The notes: generated from the sequence alone by a model not told the origin. A DNA stretch of 64,000 nucleotides from Algibacillus agarilyticus (GCF_003286125.1 NZ_QMED01000002.1:212634-276633); one strand, 5' to 3'; positions 1-10,365 are shown, counted from the stretch's first letter. Translations and numbers: made by a program.

Positions 1-3
1 ACC

Positions 4-600
4 ATGTTACCTGGCAACGTGCCGATAGATCGCGAAGTAGACCGCTTACTCAGTCACCGTCAAAGTTTCCATCTAGCCTATTTAGACCTAGACAACTTCA
101 AACCGTTTAATGATTTGTATGGTTACAGCAAAGGCGATTTAGCGATCACACTCGTCGCCAGGTTGCTGCGTAAATACACCGAAAAGACCCAAGCTAATGT
201 CGGACACATCGGCGGAGACGACTTTGTGATCATATTTCAACATGCGGGTTGGTACGAAATACTACAACAAATACTGTTTGAGTTTGACCATAAAGTGCTT
301 GAGCTCTTTACTTCAGAGCACATTAAAAATAAAGGTTATTATGCTAACTCTCGTGTAGGACAAGAATGCTTTTACCCGTTATTAAGTTTGTCTGCTGCTG
401 TTGTCTCGCCAGACCCAACACAATGCCGCACAAATCATGAAGTAGCCGAACTTGCTTCAAGCGCAAAAAAACAAGCGAAAAAGCAAGCAGGTAGTTCTAT
501 CTTTGTTTGTCGCCGACGCAGTAAACATAACCTAGCCGCAAATCCAACAACAAAATGCACGACGCCCATCGTGCCACAACCTGCAGAGTATTTGTGTTAA
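4..600 (+). CDS. GGDEF-domain (diguanylate-cyclase-like) protein, C-terminal fragment truncated by window start; signature reads GGDDF (degenerate)
   Basis: Motifs LDLDNFKPFNDLYG and HIGGDDFVIIF are typical of a GGDEF domain; the ORF is open at the window edge. Confidence 0.6.
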   Translation: MLPGNVPIDREVDRLLSHRQSFHLAYLDLDNFKPFNDLYGYSKGDLAITLVARLLRKYTEKTQANVGHIGGDDFVIIFQHAGWYEILQQILFEFDHKVLELFTSEHIKNKGYYANSRVGQECFYPLLSLSAAVVSPDPTQCRTNHEVAELASSAKKQAKKQAGSSIFVCRRRSKHNLAANPTTKCTTPIVPQPAEYLC

Positions 601-668
601 TAAAAAGCAAGACTAAACAAAGACATTAACAGCGGATAAATACATGGCGTATTCCGCTCTACCACGTG

Positions 669-1451
669 TTAATAAATCAAACAACTACCATACCCTGTAA
701 AGGGTTGATGTTTTGGGTTCACTTCATAGCTGTGTTGATAATTGATGAGTTTTACCAACATATTTTTTTGATGCCAATAACTAGATAGCATATTTAGCAA
801 GGCCGCCGCACTAGCCGATTGATTAACAGCCAATGAATGGCGCGCAATAAGCGCATCAAGTGTCGCTTTATCAAAAGCACACGCATCTGGGTATTCAACG
901 CCTTGACTTAAATTGCTACAAACAATAAGTAACGTTTTATCATCCCAGCAACTATCCAATAAGTGATTCAACTCCGTATCAGCATATTCGCCAACCAAAA
1001 CCGGCAATAAGGTAAAATTAGACAAACATAATTGCAAAAAAGGCAATTGCACATCTAATGCTAACGCTTGCTTAAACAAGTCATCATCAAATGAAATCGT
1101 TTTCGCTTGCAACGCATCAAAACAACCTTGTTCGATCTTAATGTCACCAATAGGGGAGCAGAAAAAGGAAGCCGAAGAGGTAACAAGTTGGTCAATGTGG
1201 GGGGAAGGATGCGCAGCTAAAATAATAACCCGATTTATCATGCTCGAATATTTGCGCAAAGACAAATAAGCCTTTGCCGCAACATAGCCACTTAACGACA
1301 CGGGATCGTGAGGTACAATTAAACCACGTGGACGAGTAGCACGCTTTTCGGCTTGAAAAAACAAACTCGCCAAGTGATAACTTAATTCATCAGGGTCAAC
1401 GGCATGATATTCATGCAGTTGACTTGCATAACGTTTCATAATGCATCTCAA
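669..1451 (-). CDS. MEMO1-family protein (AmmeMemoRadiSam system protein B-like)
   Basis: GLIVPHDPVSLSGYVAAKAY resembles the MEMO1 IVPHAGYxYSG motif; length about 250-260 aa; true start may be the internal Met MKRY. Confidence 0.55.
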   Translation of the reverse strand: MRCIMKRYASQLHEYHAVDPDELSYHLASLFFQAEKRATRPRGLIVPHDPVSLSGYVAAKAYLSLRKYSSMINRVIILAAHPSPHIDQLVTSSASFFCSPIGDIKIEQGCFDALQAKTISFDDDLFKQALALDVQLPFLQLCLSNFTLLPVLVGEYADTELNHLLDSCWDDKTLLIVCSNLSQGVEYPDACAFDKATLDALIARHSLAVNQSASAAALLNMLSSYWHQKNMLVKLINYQHSYEVNPKHQPFTGYGSCLIY

Positions 1452-1598
1452 TTGAACTTACACGCTAGATCAAGTGTAGTTCATTCAACGCATATTTAGC
1501 GCTATTAACCTAAAAAAGCCGACTTAAACATTAATTTAAATATGAATCTAAACGTGAATATAAACGCGAACTGCTCAATTCACTGATTAAAGCGGTTA

Positions 1599-1985
1599 TT
1601 AACTTAAATCGTCGTCACTATCATCACCTAAATCCAGATCATCCATATCATCGTCACTTGAGTCATCAACATCGTCAGTGTTAATTTTAGTGCCGTAAAT
1701 ACTGCCCATTTTAGGACGGTTAATTCGGTCTATGTATTTTTTCCATGCTTTAGTAGCATAGGTATCAGCAGGAACCTCGCCGCGCAATACGGCAACAATA
1801 TGATGGTCTTCATCATCAGCCGCCTCATACACACCTTTTTCTAGGGCAATAATTAAATTACCTAACTGTTCAAGCGCATCCGCCTCTTTAATCGAAAAAT
1901 CACCAGAACGGCGAAATCCACGTGGATAGTTTTTTACATCAGAAAATAAACGATAGACTAAGTCTTGTTTTGTGGGTGCTGCCAT
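1599..1985 (-). CDS. maoP: DUF413 protein, macrodomain Ori protein MaoP/YifE homolog
   Basis: YPRGFRRSGDFSIKEADALEQLG closely matches E. coli YifE ([20 protein letters not shown]); acidic C-terminal tail. Confidence 0.7.
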   Translation of the reverse strand: MAAPTKQDLVYRLFSDVKNYPRGFRRSGDFSIKEADALEQLGNLIIALEKGVYEAADDEDHHIVAVLRGEVPADTYATKAWKKYIDRINRPKMGSIYGTKINTDDVDDSSDDDMDDLDLGDDSDDDLS

Positions 1986-2142
1986 ATTCTTCTCCGTACA
2001 AACACAATAACGACAAAAACAAAAAAATTAAAACGCTTTAACTCTAAGAGCGTTTTAGTTCTAGTTGATTTTTTTGTCAATATGTTTACAGACAGAAAAA
2101 AAATATTTTCTAAATAAAATAAAAACGAGTCAAAATAGGTAT

Positions 2143-2181
2143 AAAAAAACGGCAAAAAAAGTCAATTTTAATGCCGTTTTA
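2143..2181 (-). terminator. Putative rho-independent terminator downstream of prkB
   Basis: Stem ACGGCA/TGCCGT with a large loop, followed by a T-run on the minus strand immediately after the prkB stop. Confidence 0.35.
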
Positions 2182-2207
2182 CACTAGCGAATATAGATGA
2201 TTAAAAT

Positions 2208-3098
2208 TTACTCACTATACACATCATTCCAAGCTTTGCGCTTTTTGGTCATCAAACGCTGAATCAAAGGCGTTAAAATAAGCTCCATGGCAAAGCCCAT
2301 TTTACCACCAGGAACAACCAGTGTATTAACACGCGACATAAAAGAACCATCAATCATCTGTAACAGATACGGAAAATCGACATTTTTCATATCTCTAAAC
2401 CGAATAACCACAAAGCTTTCGTCTAACGTTGGAATATCTTTAGCCGAAAAAGGGTTCGACGTATCAACCGTTGGTACACGTTGAAAATTAATATGTGTAC
2501 GACTAAATTGCGGGGTAATAAACGAAAAATAATCATCCATACTGCGAATAATAGACGACATGACGGCTTCACGAGAATGGCCCCGATCAGACGTATCGCG
2601 AATAATTTTTTGGATCCACTCTAAATTGACAATAGGCACCAAGCCAATCAGCAAATCCACAAAATGAGCGGCATTCGTTTCACCGTTAACCACACCGCCA
2701 TGCAAACCTTCATAATACAATAAATCAGTTTCAGCGGGTAAAGGCTGCCAAGGCGTAAACGTACCCGGCATTTGGTTATACGGTACGGCTTGATCAAAAG
2801 TGTGTAAGTATCGACGGAATTGGCCTTGACCCGTTTCATGATAACTTTTAAACGTCTCAGCTAATAAAGCAAAATCATTGGCCTCTTGGCCAAAATAACT
2901 GATGTGCTTGCCCTGCTCAGATGCTTTACGTATTTGAACTTCCATTTCAGGGCGCGTAAACCGATGATAACTATCACCCTCGATACAAGCCGCTTTAATG
3001 TCTAAATTACGAAAAATATGACGCAAGGCCTTGGTTGTAGTCGATGTACCGGCTCCTGATGAACCCGTCACAGCAATAATGGGATACTTTGCTGACAT
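2208..3098 (-). CDS. prkB: Phosphoribulokinase
   Basis: Near-colinear with E. coli PrkB (IAVTGSSGAGTSTT P-loop, EGDSYHRFTRPEM, LVVPGGKMG); 296 aa. Confidence 0.9.
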   Translation of the reverse strand: MSAKYPIIAVTGSSGAGTSTTTKALRHIFRNLDIKAACIEGDSYHRFTRPEMEVQIRKASEQGKHISYFGQEANDFALLAETFKSYHETGQGQFRRYLHTFDQAVPYNQMPGTFTPWQPLPAETDLLYYEGLHGGVVNGETNAAHFVDLLIGLVPIVNLEWIQKIIRDTSDRGHSREAVMSSIIRSMDDYFSFITPQFSRTHINFQRVPTVDTSNPFSAKDIPTLDESFVVIRFRDMKNVDFPYLLQMIDGSFMSRVNTLVVPGGKMGFAMELILTPLIQRLMTKKRKAWNDVYSE

Positions 3099-3223
3099 AA
3101 TTAAATTAATCCTTAAATCGTGATCTTTTACACTTTATCAACCTGATAAATATCAATAAACCGAATAAAGCACTTTAACCGAAAACAAATTGATAACAAG
3201 TGGCTTACGTACAGCATATTGAC

Positions 3224-3727
3224 TTACAACAAAAAATGCTCATCTATTTCGGTATAACGCTGTGCAGATTGGACTAATGAATTAGCCGTAAGCGACAACA
3301 CACCATAAACATGAGTTTCAACTTGATATAACTGAAAGATACGTTGCAGCAATAAATCAAAATCGCCATCACCCGACAACAAAATAACTTTATCGACTTT
3401 ACTCGCGAGCGACATCACATCAATCGCGATCCCGACATCCCAATCACCTTTAGACGAACCATCAGAACGCTGAATATACGGCTTTAATTTAACCTCGAAG
3501 CCAATATGCTTCAACGCATCTTGAAACTTCAGTTGCTTCTCATCTCCTCGATCAATAGCATATGCGAAAGCAAACTCAACATCGCCTTCGGCTGCAATCG
3601 TTTGCCATAACAACCGATAATTAAACTGTCGGCCATACGCCTGGCGAGTGGTGTAATAAATATTTTGCACATCTACAAAAACGGCAATTTTAGGTTTATT
3701 CATTATTATCTCTAAAGCTAACATCAA
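3224..3727 (-). CDS. NYN-domain (LabA/DUF88-like) protein
   Basis: KIAVFVDVQNIYY ... ILLSGDGDF pattern of NYN/LabA nuclease-fold proteins. Confidence 0.6.
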   Translation of the reverse strand: MMLALEIIMNKPKIAVFVDVQNIYYTTRQAYGRQFNYRLLWQTIAAEGDVEFAFAYAIDRGDEKQLKFQDALKHIGFEVKLKPYIQRSDGSSKGDWDVGIAIDVMSLASKVDKVILLSGDGDFDLLLQRIFQLYQVETHVYGVLSLTANSLVQSAQRYTEIDEHFLL

Positions 3728-3733
3728 TCATGG

Positions 3734-4003
3734 CTAGGGCGTGTTTATCTTTGTCGTATAGATTTTGTTCAATTCCAAAGCGTTTTGATCGCGGCATTGG
3801 CTTGATGGCATAGTGGTTCTACGTCAAAAGCCAATAACAAAGAGCAAAACGTTTTGGATTGAACCCAAAGGGCAGCGCATTTGCACTATTTCTACTACGT
3901 TATCGCTCTTTTATGTAGAATAACTACACCGCAATCGCTCTGCCTTGTATAAATCGTGCAGATACGGCTGCAAAAGCATACACAAAAGATAAACACGCCC
4001 TAG
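3734..4003. repeat. About 270 bp intergenic element bounded by about 21 bp near-perfect inverted repeats (CTAGGGCGTGTTTATCTTTGT ... ACAAAAGATAAACACGCCCTAG)
   Basis: Direct reading of both ends, 21/22 complementary; sits in the divergent NYN-gene/yaiI promoter region. Confidence 0.45.
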
Positions 4004-4079
4004 CAAAGTGCATTAAACAAAATAGGCATCAATAGCCAATATGTTATGCTAGTCAAAATTTAAATAGGGAATCAAAAAG

Positions 4080-4538
4080 ATGAAAATTTGGGTCGATGCA
4101 GATGCCTGCCCTGTTGCCATCAAAGAAATTTTATTTCGTTTAGCGCAACGCACAAAAATACACCTAACCTTAGTTGCCAATCATAGCATGCGCGTGCCCA
4201 ATTCACCTTATATAAGCTTTGTGCATGTACAACAAGGCTTTGATGTGGCCGATAACGAAATCGTTAAGCGTATCAACCCCAATGATTTAGTGATCACCGG
4301 CGATATACCACTCGCCGACGAAATCATCACCGCAGGCGGCCAAGCCTTAAACCCGCGTGGCGAATTATTTACCAAAGAAAACATCAAACAACGTTTAAAC
4401 ATACGCGATTTCATGGACAACATGCGCGCCAGTGGCGTCGAAACACAAGGGCCACCGCCATTAAATCAAACTGACCGCCAAAATTTTGCTAACAACCTCG
4501 ATCGTATTGTCTCTCAATACTTACGCAGCCAAAAATAA
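4080..4538 (+). CDS. yaiI: UPF0178 protein YaiI (DUF188)
   Basis: [18 protein letters not shown] ... VADNEIV ... [11 protein letters not shown] is near-identical in pattern to E. coli YaiI. Confidence 0.85.
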   Translation: MKIWVDADACPVAIKEILFRLAQRTKIHLTLVANHSMRVPNSPYISFVHVQQGFDVADNEIVKRINPNDLVITGDIPLADEIITAGGQALNPRGELFTKENIKQRLNIRDFMDNMRASGVETQGPPPLNQTDRQNFANNLDRIVSQYLRSQK

Positions 4539-4570
4539 ATACGATCATAGGCTGAGCTGATTTTAAATAC

Positions 4571-4606
4571 AAAAAAGCCCGCATAAATCATCATCTGCGG
4601 GCTTTT
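4571..4606. terminator. Bidirectional rho-independent terminator between yaiI (+) and pyrE (-)
   Basis: AAAAAAGCCCGCA...TGCGGGCTTTT: GC stem flanked by an A-run and a T-run. Confidence 0.7.
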
Positions 4607-4646
4607 AATTAACAAACTATCGAACTCAATAGATAAACAGGGCTAT

Positions 4647-5288
4647 TTAAATACCATATTGCGCACGATACGCTTTCATTGATTCGATATGGTCGGCCAA
4701 TTCAGGCTTATCCGCTAAATAAATAATAATATCGCTCATCGAGACAATAGAAATAACCTGCGTGTCAAAATCGCGCTCAACTTCTTGAATAGCCGACAAC
4801 TCACCCTTGCCTTTCTCTTGACGATCAAGCGCAATTAAAACACCCGATAAATTAGCATCAGCCGCTTTAATAATTTCCATTGATTCACGAATAGCCGTGC
4901 CAGCCGTGATCACATCATCAACCAACATCACATTACCGACCAATTCAGAACCCACTAAGCTTCCTCCTTCACCGTGTGCTTTTTTCTCTTTACGGTTAAA
5001 GCAGTAAGGCACATCTTTATTATAATGCTCAGACAACGCAACAGCCGTTGTTGTCGCAATCGGAATACCTTTATAAGCGGGGCCAAATAATAAATCATAA
5101 TCAACACCAGCAGCCGCCAACGCCGCTGCATAATATTGGCCTAAACGCGCCAAATCACGCCCCGTATTAAACAAACCCGCATTAAAAAAATAAGGGCTAA
5201 CACGACCCGATTTTAACGTAAACTCACCAAACCGTAACACGTTACGAGATAAAGCAAATTCAATAAACTCTTTTTGATAATCTTGCAT
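4647..5288 (-). CDS. pyrE: Orotate phosphoribosyltransferase
   Basis: Full-length match to the PyrE pattern ([23 protein letters not shown]-binding [13 protein letters not shown]). Confidence 0.95.
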   Translation of the reverse strand: MQDYQKEFIEFALSRNVLRFGEFTLKSGRVSPYFFNAGLFNTGRDLARLGQYYAAALAAAGVDYDLLFGPAYKGIPIATTTAVALSEHYNKDVPYCFNRKEKKAHGEGGSLVGSELVGNVMLVDDVITAGTAIRESMEIIKAADANLSGVLIALDRQEKGKGELSAIQEVERDFDTQVISIVSMSDIIIYLADKPELADHIESMKAYRAQYGI

Positions 5289-5353
5289 AAAATAAATACT
5301 TTTTTAAATTTTTAATAAACAACAAAATGAACAACAAACACAAATCAAAACGC

Positions 5354-6067
5354 TTAAGCAAGCGCTGCTTTTTGTTCAGCCGTGATCTCGCGAATAGCAT
5401 GCTTAGCTAACGAAAGCATCTCGTCCATTTCTTCAAAACTAAACGGTTCGCCTTCAGCCGTACCCTGAACTTCAATAAGCTTACCGGTTTCAGTCATTAC
5501 CACATTCATATCCGTTTCAGCATCCGAATCTTCAACATACTCTAAATCAGCAATCGCCTCGCCTTTATAAACCCCAACTGAAATAGCGGCAATCAAATGC
5601 TTAAGCGGATTCGTTTTAATTAAATTTTTGCTACGCATATAAGTCAACGCATCAACCAACGCCACACAAGCACCGGTAATAGAAGCCGTTCGAGTGCCAC
5701 CATCCGCCTGTAAAACATCACAATCAATCGTAATGGTGTTTTCACCTAAGGCTTTAAGGTCAACCGCCGCTCTTAACGAGCGCGCAATCAAACGCTGAAT
5801 TTCCATTGTACGGCCAGTTTGCTTGCCGCGCGCGGCTTCACGTTGATTACGCGTATGCGTAGAACGAGGCAACATACCGTATTCAGCCGTGATCCAACCT
5901 TCGCCTTTACCTTTCATAAAACGAGGCACACCGGTTTCCACCGTAGCGGTACAAATGACTTTGGTATCACCAAACTCAACTAAAATAGAACCTTCAGCAT
6001 GAGCTGTAAAATTACGAGTAATAGTAATAGGACGAATTTGACCGGGCGTACGACCACTTGGACGCAT
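5354..6067 (-). CDS. rph: Ribonuclease PH
   Basis: MRPSGR...IRPI...[17 protein letters not shown]; classical rph-pyrE adjacency. Confidence 0.95.
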   Translation of the reverse strand: MRPSGRTPGQIRPITITRNFTAHAEGSILVEFGDTKVICTATVETGVPRFMKGKGEGWITAEYGMLPRSTHTRNQREAARGKQTGRTMEIQRLIARSLRAAVDLKALGENTITIDCDVLQADGGTRTASITGACVALVDALTYMRSKNLIKTNPLKHLIAAISVGVYKGEAIADLEYVEDSDAETDMNVVMTETGKLIEVQGTAEGEPFSFEEMDEMLSLAKHAIREITAEQKAALA

Positions 6068-6198
6068 GTTAATCTCCTTGATTAAGCAACGGAATAATAT
6101 AAATGCCGCATATTATAGAGGTCATTAGTTGATTAACCAATACCAATCCCACATAAGCAAGGCTATAATCATTTTTTTAAACTGCATTTTAGGTAATT

Positions 6199-7065
6199 AT
6201 GTCAATTCACAGTATGACCGCTTTCGCCCGCATCGAAACTAAAAACGATTGGGGATCAGCCACATGGGAACTTCGTTCAGTTAATCAACGCTACTTAGAA
6301 ACCTATTTTAGGTTACCCGAGCAACAGCGAAGTTTAGAACCCGTACTGCGAGAAAAATTACGAAAAAACCTACAACGCGGCAAAGTAGAATGCAGCTTAA
6401 AGCTAACTGACGACGGCGGAAAAACCGGCGAGCTCAGTTTAAACCAAGAACTCGCCAAACAAATAATCGACAGCGCCAACTGGGTAACCGAGCAAACCAG
6501 CAATAGCCAGCTCAACCCAATAGATGTATTGCGCTGGCCTGGTGTAGTATCAGCTCAAACCCAAGATCTAGACACACTGCGCGCAGAGCTCAACACTCAA
6601 TTTGATCAGCTCATCAAAGACTTCATCAAATCACGTGCAGCCGAAGGTAAAAATTTATATCAAATGATAGAGCAGCGCCTCGACACCATCGCCGAGCAAG
6701 TTGAAATCGTAAAAACAGAAATGCCAGCCGTTATGGTTTGGCAACGTGAACGATTAACCACCCGTTTAGCTGAATTACAAAGCGACATAGATCAAAACCG
6801 CTTAGAACAAGAACTCATCTACCTCGCACAAAAAATAGATGTAGCCGAAGAGCTCGACCGCTTAGAGTCACATATCAAAGAAACAAAAAAAATACTAAAA
6901 AAAGGCGGCGCATGTGGCCGACGTTTAGATTTTATGATGCAAGAATTTAACCGCGAAGCAAACACCCTAGCCTCAAAATCAATCAATACCACCATCACCA
7001 ACGCAGCCGTTGAAGTAAAAGTGCTGATAGAGCAAATGCGCGAGCAAATACAAAATATCGAATAA
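6199..7065 (+). CDS. yicC: YicC-family stress-induced protein (endoribonuclease YicC)
   Basis: MTAFAR...WELRSVNQRYLE N-terminus and a C-terminal DUF1732-like region; rph/yicC divergent synteny as in E. coli. Confidence 0.9.
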   Translation: MSIHSMTAFARIETKNDWGSATWELRSVNQRYLETYFRLPEQQRSLEPVLREKLRKNLQRGKVECSLKLTDDGGKTGELSLNQELAKQIIDSANWVTEQTSNSQLNPIDVLRWPGVVSAQTQDLDTLRAELNTQFDQLIKDFIKSRAAEGKNLYQMIEQRLDTIAEQVEIVKTEMPAVMVWQRERLTTRLAELQSDIDQNRLEQELIYLAQKIDVAEELDRLESHIKETKKILKKGGACGRRLDFMMQEFNREANTLASKSINTTITNAAVEVKVLIEQMREQIQNIE

Positions 7066-7106
7066 GTTCCTGGGTAGAAAGTTACCCGTCCAAGAATGTA
7101 TTAAAC

Positions 7107-7153
7107 GCCCTGTGTTTCCTGGTAAAGAGCCTTGTAAATACAGGGCTTTTTTA
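7107..7153 (+). terminator. Putative rho-independent terminator after yicC
   Basis: GCCCTGT...ACAGGGC stem followed by TTTTTT. Confidence 0.5.
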
Positions 7154-7288
7154 TTGCCTCCGTCCAAATCGGCTTGCAGATATGCGTTACCCGTTGCCGT
7201 TTAAATGGTGAGCAAAATGGTGGGTAGTTGGGGCAACAGGGGCAATATGACCGACCCCTCTGCATTTTTGTACACGTCGGTTCTGATT

Positions 7289-8518
7289 TTAGCGCAGCGG
7301 TATGCTACGTAAGTGTGTCTCGATTGCTTCAATCATCGACTTGGTAAGCGGTAAATGTGCTTTTTCTTTCGCCCAGATTTCATGGAAACCAGCTACGGTT
7401 TGCTTGGCAGTATCTAACACCAATTTTTCTGGCAACATAGCTTTAGCCGCTAAATGTGATAACTCATCCAGCGTGAAATCACTGAATTTTTTACTACGGC
7501 TCACCTTTAACGACGCACTATCATCAAAGATATAAGGAATGGTTGAGACAAAGTCATAAGCGGGCGCAATCGATGCGGTGCGCTGGTCTTTATAAATCAC
7601 AGACCAATTCTTCAAATGCATATCAGCATTACCAATTAAGGTATTGAACACCAACCTGCGCGTAAATTCTGCTATGTCCTCGTCTTGACCTTCGATGCCG
7701 ATAACCTGAGCAATATTCCGCATACTGGCTTTTTTGTATTTATCTTGAGGATAGACCCCAAAAACTTGCGCAAAATCCTCAATATGTATCGCTTGACCAT
7801 CAACACGGTCAAAACGATTGATCACAAAGGCCTGAGCATTTTTAAAAGAGTCACCAAATTTGCCAATGCCATTTGGGATATTAGCAATCTGATTAATAGG
7901 GAGTAGCCGCGTTTCTGGCACATCCATTCCCAACATTCGAGCCAGTTCCATCATCGAATATTCATTTTCTGGCACAGCGTCAAATCGAGATGACGGCAAT
8001 TTCACAATCCAAGAACCGCCTTGACCGGTTGCAGGGATGGTAAAACCACCGTTAGCCTGTTGCACAGCTGAAAACTTCAACTGCACACCCGCCAATGAAA
8101 AACGCATTGGGGCTTCAATTTTCGTTTCATCGTCAATGTCTTGATTCGCATTAGGCGGCAGTGCTTCACCATCAGCAGGTTCAACCGTGATCGCGCCAGC
8201 TAAATCTTGCCCTAACACCCACAATAGAAAAAACTCGCGCGCGGGGTTAACACCGGCACGCTCTGCCAGGTAATAGCGCATCGTTTCTTCTGGTAAAAGG
8301 TTGGAGAAAAACGGAGTTAACTTGGTTTGAGTAGGTTTAAAATGAGTCAGCAAGCCGCCTAGCGCATCTTTAAAGCCAAGCCCTAACACAGGCCGCGATT
8401 CGTCATTAATGTACGAATCCATAAAAGCAAATAGTGTTCTGTCATTGCCCACGTTAGTGATCGTTGCGATGGGTTCGCCGTAGAGCAAAACGTTTAACGT
8501 AGAGACATGATTAGTCAT
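7289..8518 (-). CDS. hipA: HipA-family serine/threonine kinase toxin (type II TA)
   Basis: SLAGVQLKFS (HipA N-domain), catalytic DMHLKNWS motif, 409 aa; 8-bp overlap with the upstream HTH gene. Confidence 0.85.
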   Translation of the reverse strand: MTNHVSTLNVLLYGEPIATITNVGNDRTLFAFMDSYINDESRPVLGLGFKDALGGLLTHFKPTQTKLTPFFSNLLPEETMRYYLAERAGVNPAREFFLLWVLGQDLAGAITVEPADGEALPPNANQDIDDETKIEAPMRFSLAGVQLKFSAVQQANGGFTIPATGQGGSWIVKLPSSRFDAVPENEYSMMELARMLGMDVPETRLLPINQIANIPNGIGKFGDSFKNAQAFVINRFDRVDGQAIHIEDFAQVFGVYPQDKYKKASMRNIAQVIGIEGQDEDIAEFTRRLVFNTLIGNADMHLKNWSVIYKDQRTASIAPAYDFVSTIPYIFDDSASLKVSRSKKFSDFTLDELSHLAAKAMLPEKLVLDTAKQTVAGFHEIWAKEKAHLPLTKSMIEAIETHLRSIPLR

Positions 8519-8837
8519 CGTCGTCTTCCTCTAACTGATATGCAGGCGACATTAGCTCAGCTTCATCGTTGATACCGTTGTTGCTTGAGCCTTGGCTACT
8601 TCGAATGATCGACTTAATGGCAGGTACAGATTTTTTTGGTGCGACAAATAACTCTAGGTCGAGCACACGGGCAAGTGCAATCAAACTGGACATTCTTAAA
8701 TCAACGCCGCCAGACTCGATTTTCGAAATATGGCTTTGCGGTACACCCGAACGAGCACTTAATTCTCTCTGGCTAAACCCCTTACGTGCCCGAGCTTCTC
8801 GAAGGGCTTCTAATATCGGCTTTGTTACATAGCTCAT
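8511..8837 (-). CDS. hipB: HipB-like XRE-family HTH antitoxin
   Basis: LREARARKGFSQRELSARSGVPQSHISKIESG is a typical XRE HTH; overlaps the hipA start; start chosen at the internal Met MSYV, so the ORF may extend to 8870. Confidence 0.7.
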   Translation of the reverse strand: MSYVTKPILEALREARARKGFSQRELSARSGVPQSHISKIESGGVDLRMSSLIALARVLDLELFVAPKKSVPAIKSIIRSSQGSSNNGINDEAELMSPAYQLEEDDDD

Positions 8838-9366
8838 TTCGATACGCCTTGATACATCACTAAAGAACAATTATATACAAAAACATATCACCCTAATCCC
8901 GCGAACACAAGAATGATTACCTATTGCATATCACTAGTATATTTTGATATGTAACTATAGATAAACCATGACATACGTGATCACTTGCTACATTGAAAGT
9001 GCGCACCCAGTAAAACGTTTAAGTTAACAGGTACACAAGGCTCATCAACGTTAGAACACACCAATATCGTGATGCCCTTGTACTTCACTCAATATTTGCC
9101 GCTAAGATGGTAAAAGCGCTTTAGTCACGGATCCATAAGTAAATTTAAAATAGAGACGTGCCTCAATAATGATCCACCACGTTGGGTAAATCATTTCGCA
9201 TGCCAAGATAGATAAATATTAAATAACCAATACCAGTGAATTTAACCAAATAAACAGATGATCAGCTACACGCTTAATGAGTACTTAAAGCCAGAACAAC
9301 TCAGCCCATATCTAAAGTACTAGCTCAAGTACATATCTAAATAAAGCGCGTATCTAAAGAGAAAAC

Positions 9367-10365
9367 CTAAAACGCAAACTTAAACGTTTGCGACAATAAA
9401 GGCTGAATATTCGCGTTTATAGGTAAAGGCTCATTATTTTCAAAACGTTTTGGATTTACCGTGACAAATCCCCAAAACTCTAAAAAACGCATCACAAAAC
9501 GAGATTCAATCAAAAAGCCTAAATTATCTTGCTTAGATGAAAGTTCGCTTGCCGATACTTCTTCTACCAACGCCGGAAAAGCCACACAAACCTCAGCGAC
9601 TAACTGATCAACCGAACCATGCTTTTGCAAGCGCCAAAGCATAAACACCCAAAAAAGTCGCAAATTAACATCATCGGCAAAACCATCAAAGTATCCCCAG
9701 TTATATTGACCCGTCGCCGCTTTTAACATAGGCACATAAAAAGCATTTAGTCCGTCTTTTTTATACTGTGCTTGGGCCGACTTTTTAACATGAAAACGTC
9801 CTGCTTTATGATAAATAATACCGGCTAGCTCAGCCAATATACGGGCATAATGCAACGCATTAAATTTATCTTCATTACTACCCGCAAACTCACTAATACT
9901 GATATCGGCATTAAACTCAGCCACGGCAAACTCAGGCAATAAAGCGCTCGCCTTAGCCACGAGTTTGGCCGGTAAATTACCTTTAGCGGTCAATTTAAAC
10001 GCGCCATCTTGCTGCATTGCTTCATCTAAAATAAGCGCTAAATAACGCATCACCGGGCTAGCCGACAAATCATCAGGACAACGAATAACCACATCGGCTA
10101 ACTCATCAAACGGCGCATACAACCAATTAGATATTTGATCGGGTGTTAAACCACAAAAATCATCAAGCCCCTGCATATTTTGCTTTGTCACTTTATGTTG
10201 AACAACCTGATCTAACGCATCCATATTCAAACCTGGAGAGCTCGCAACCACTTGAGCTATATCATCAAATACCGCGGCATGTTGCCTCGCAATAGAATTC
10301 ATACAACAACGTTTATATTTTTTGCCACTGCTACAAGGGCATAAATCATTACGGCCAATTTTCAT
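9367..10365 (-). CDS. SEC-C motif domain protein (YecA-like N-terminus), function unknown
   Basis: N-terminal CPCSSGKKYKRCC metal-binding SEC-C motif; rest unrecognised. Confidence 0.55.
   Translation of the reverse strand: MKIGRNDLCPCSSGKKYKRCCMNSIARQHAAVFDDIAQVVASSPGLNMDALDQVVQHKVTKQNMQGLDDFCGLTPDQISNWLYAPFDELADVVIRCPDDLSASPVMRYLALILDEAMQQDGAFKLTAKGNLPAKLVAKASALLPEFAVAEFNADISISEFAGSNEDKFNALHYARILAELAGIIYHKAGRFHVKKSAQAQYKKDGLNAFYVPMLKAATGQYNWGYFDGFADDVNLRLFWVFMLWRLQKHGSVDQLVAEVCVAFPALVEEVSASELSSKQDNLGFLIESRFVMRFLEFWGFVTVNPKRFENNEPLPINANIQPLLSQTFKFAF

Noticed and set aside
1958-2155. 65-aa ORF in the AT-rich region between maoP and prkB
   Set aside because: Its composition is dominated by poly-A/T runs. 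It overlaps the maoP start and terminator-like hairpins, and is likely non-coding.
2287-2839. 65- and 63-aa ORFs overlapping prkB
   Set aside because: They sit inside or antisense to a confidently identified, full-length phosphoribulokinase gene.
7160-7290. GC-rich segment (GGTGGGTAGTTGGGGCAACAGGGGCAATATGACCGACCCC) between the yicC terminator and hipA that at first glance resembled a tRNA fragment
   Set aside because: No acceptor-stem or T-loop (GTTCGAATC-like) complementarity could be found by eye. It is probably just the 3-prime UTR or terminator region of hipA.
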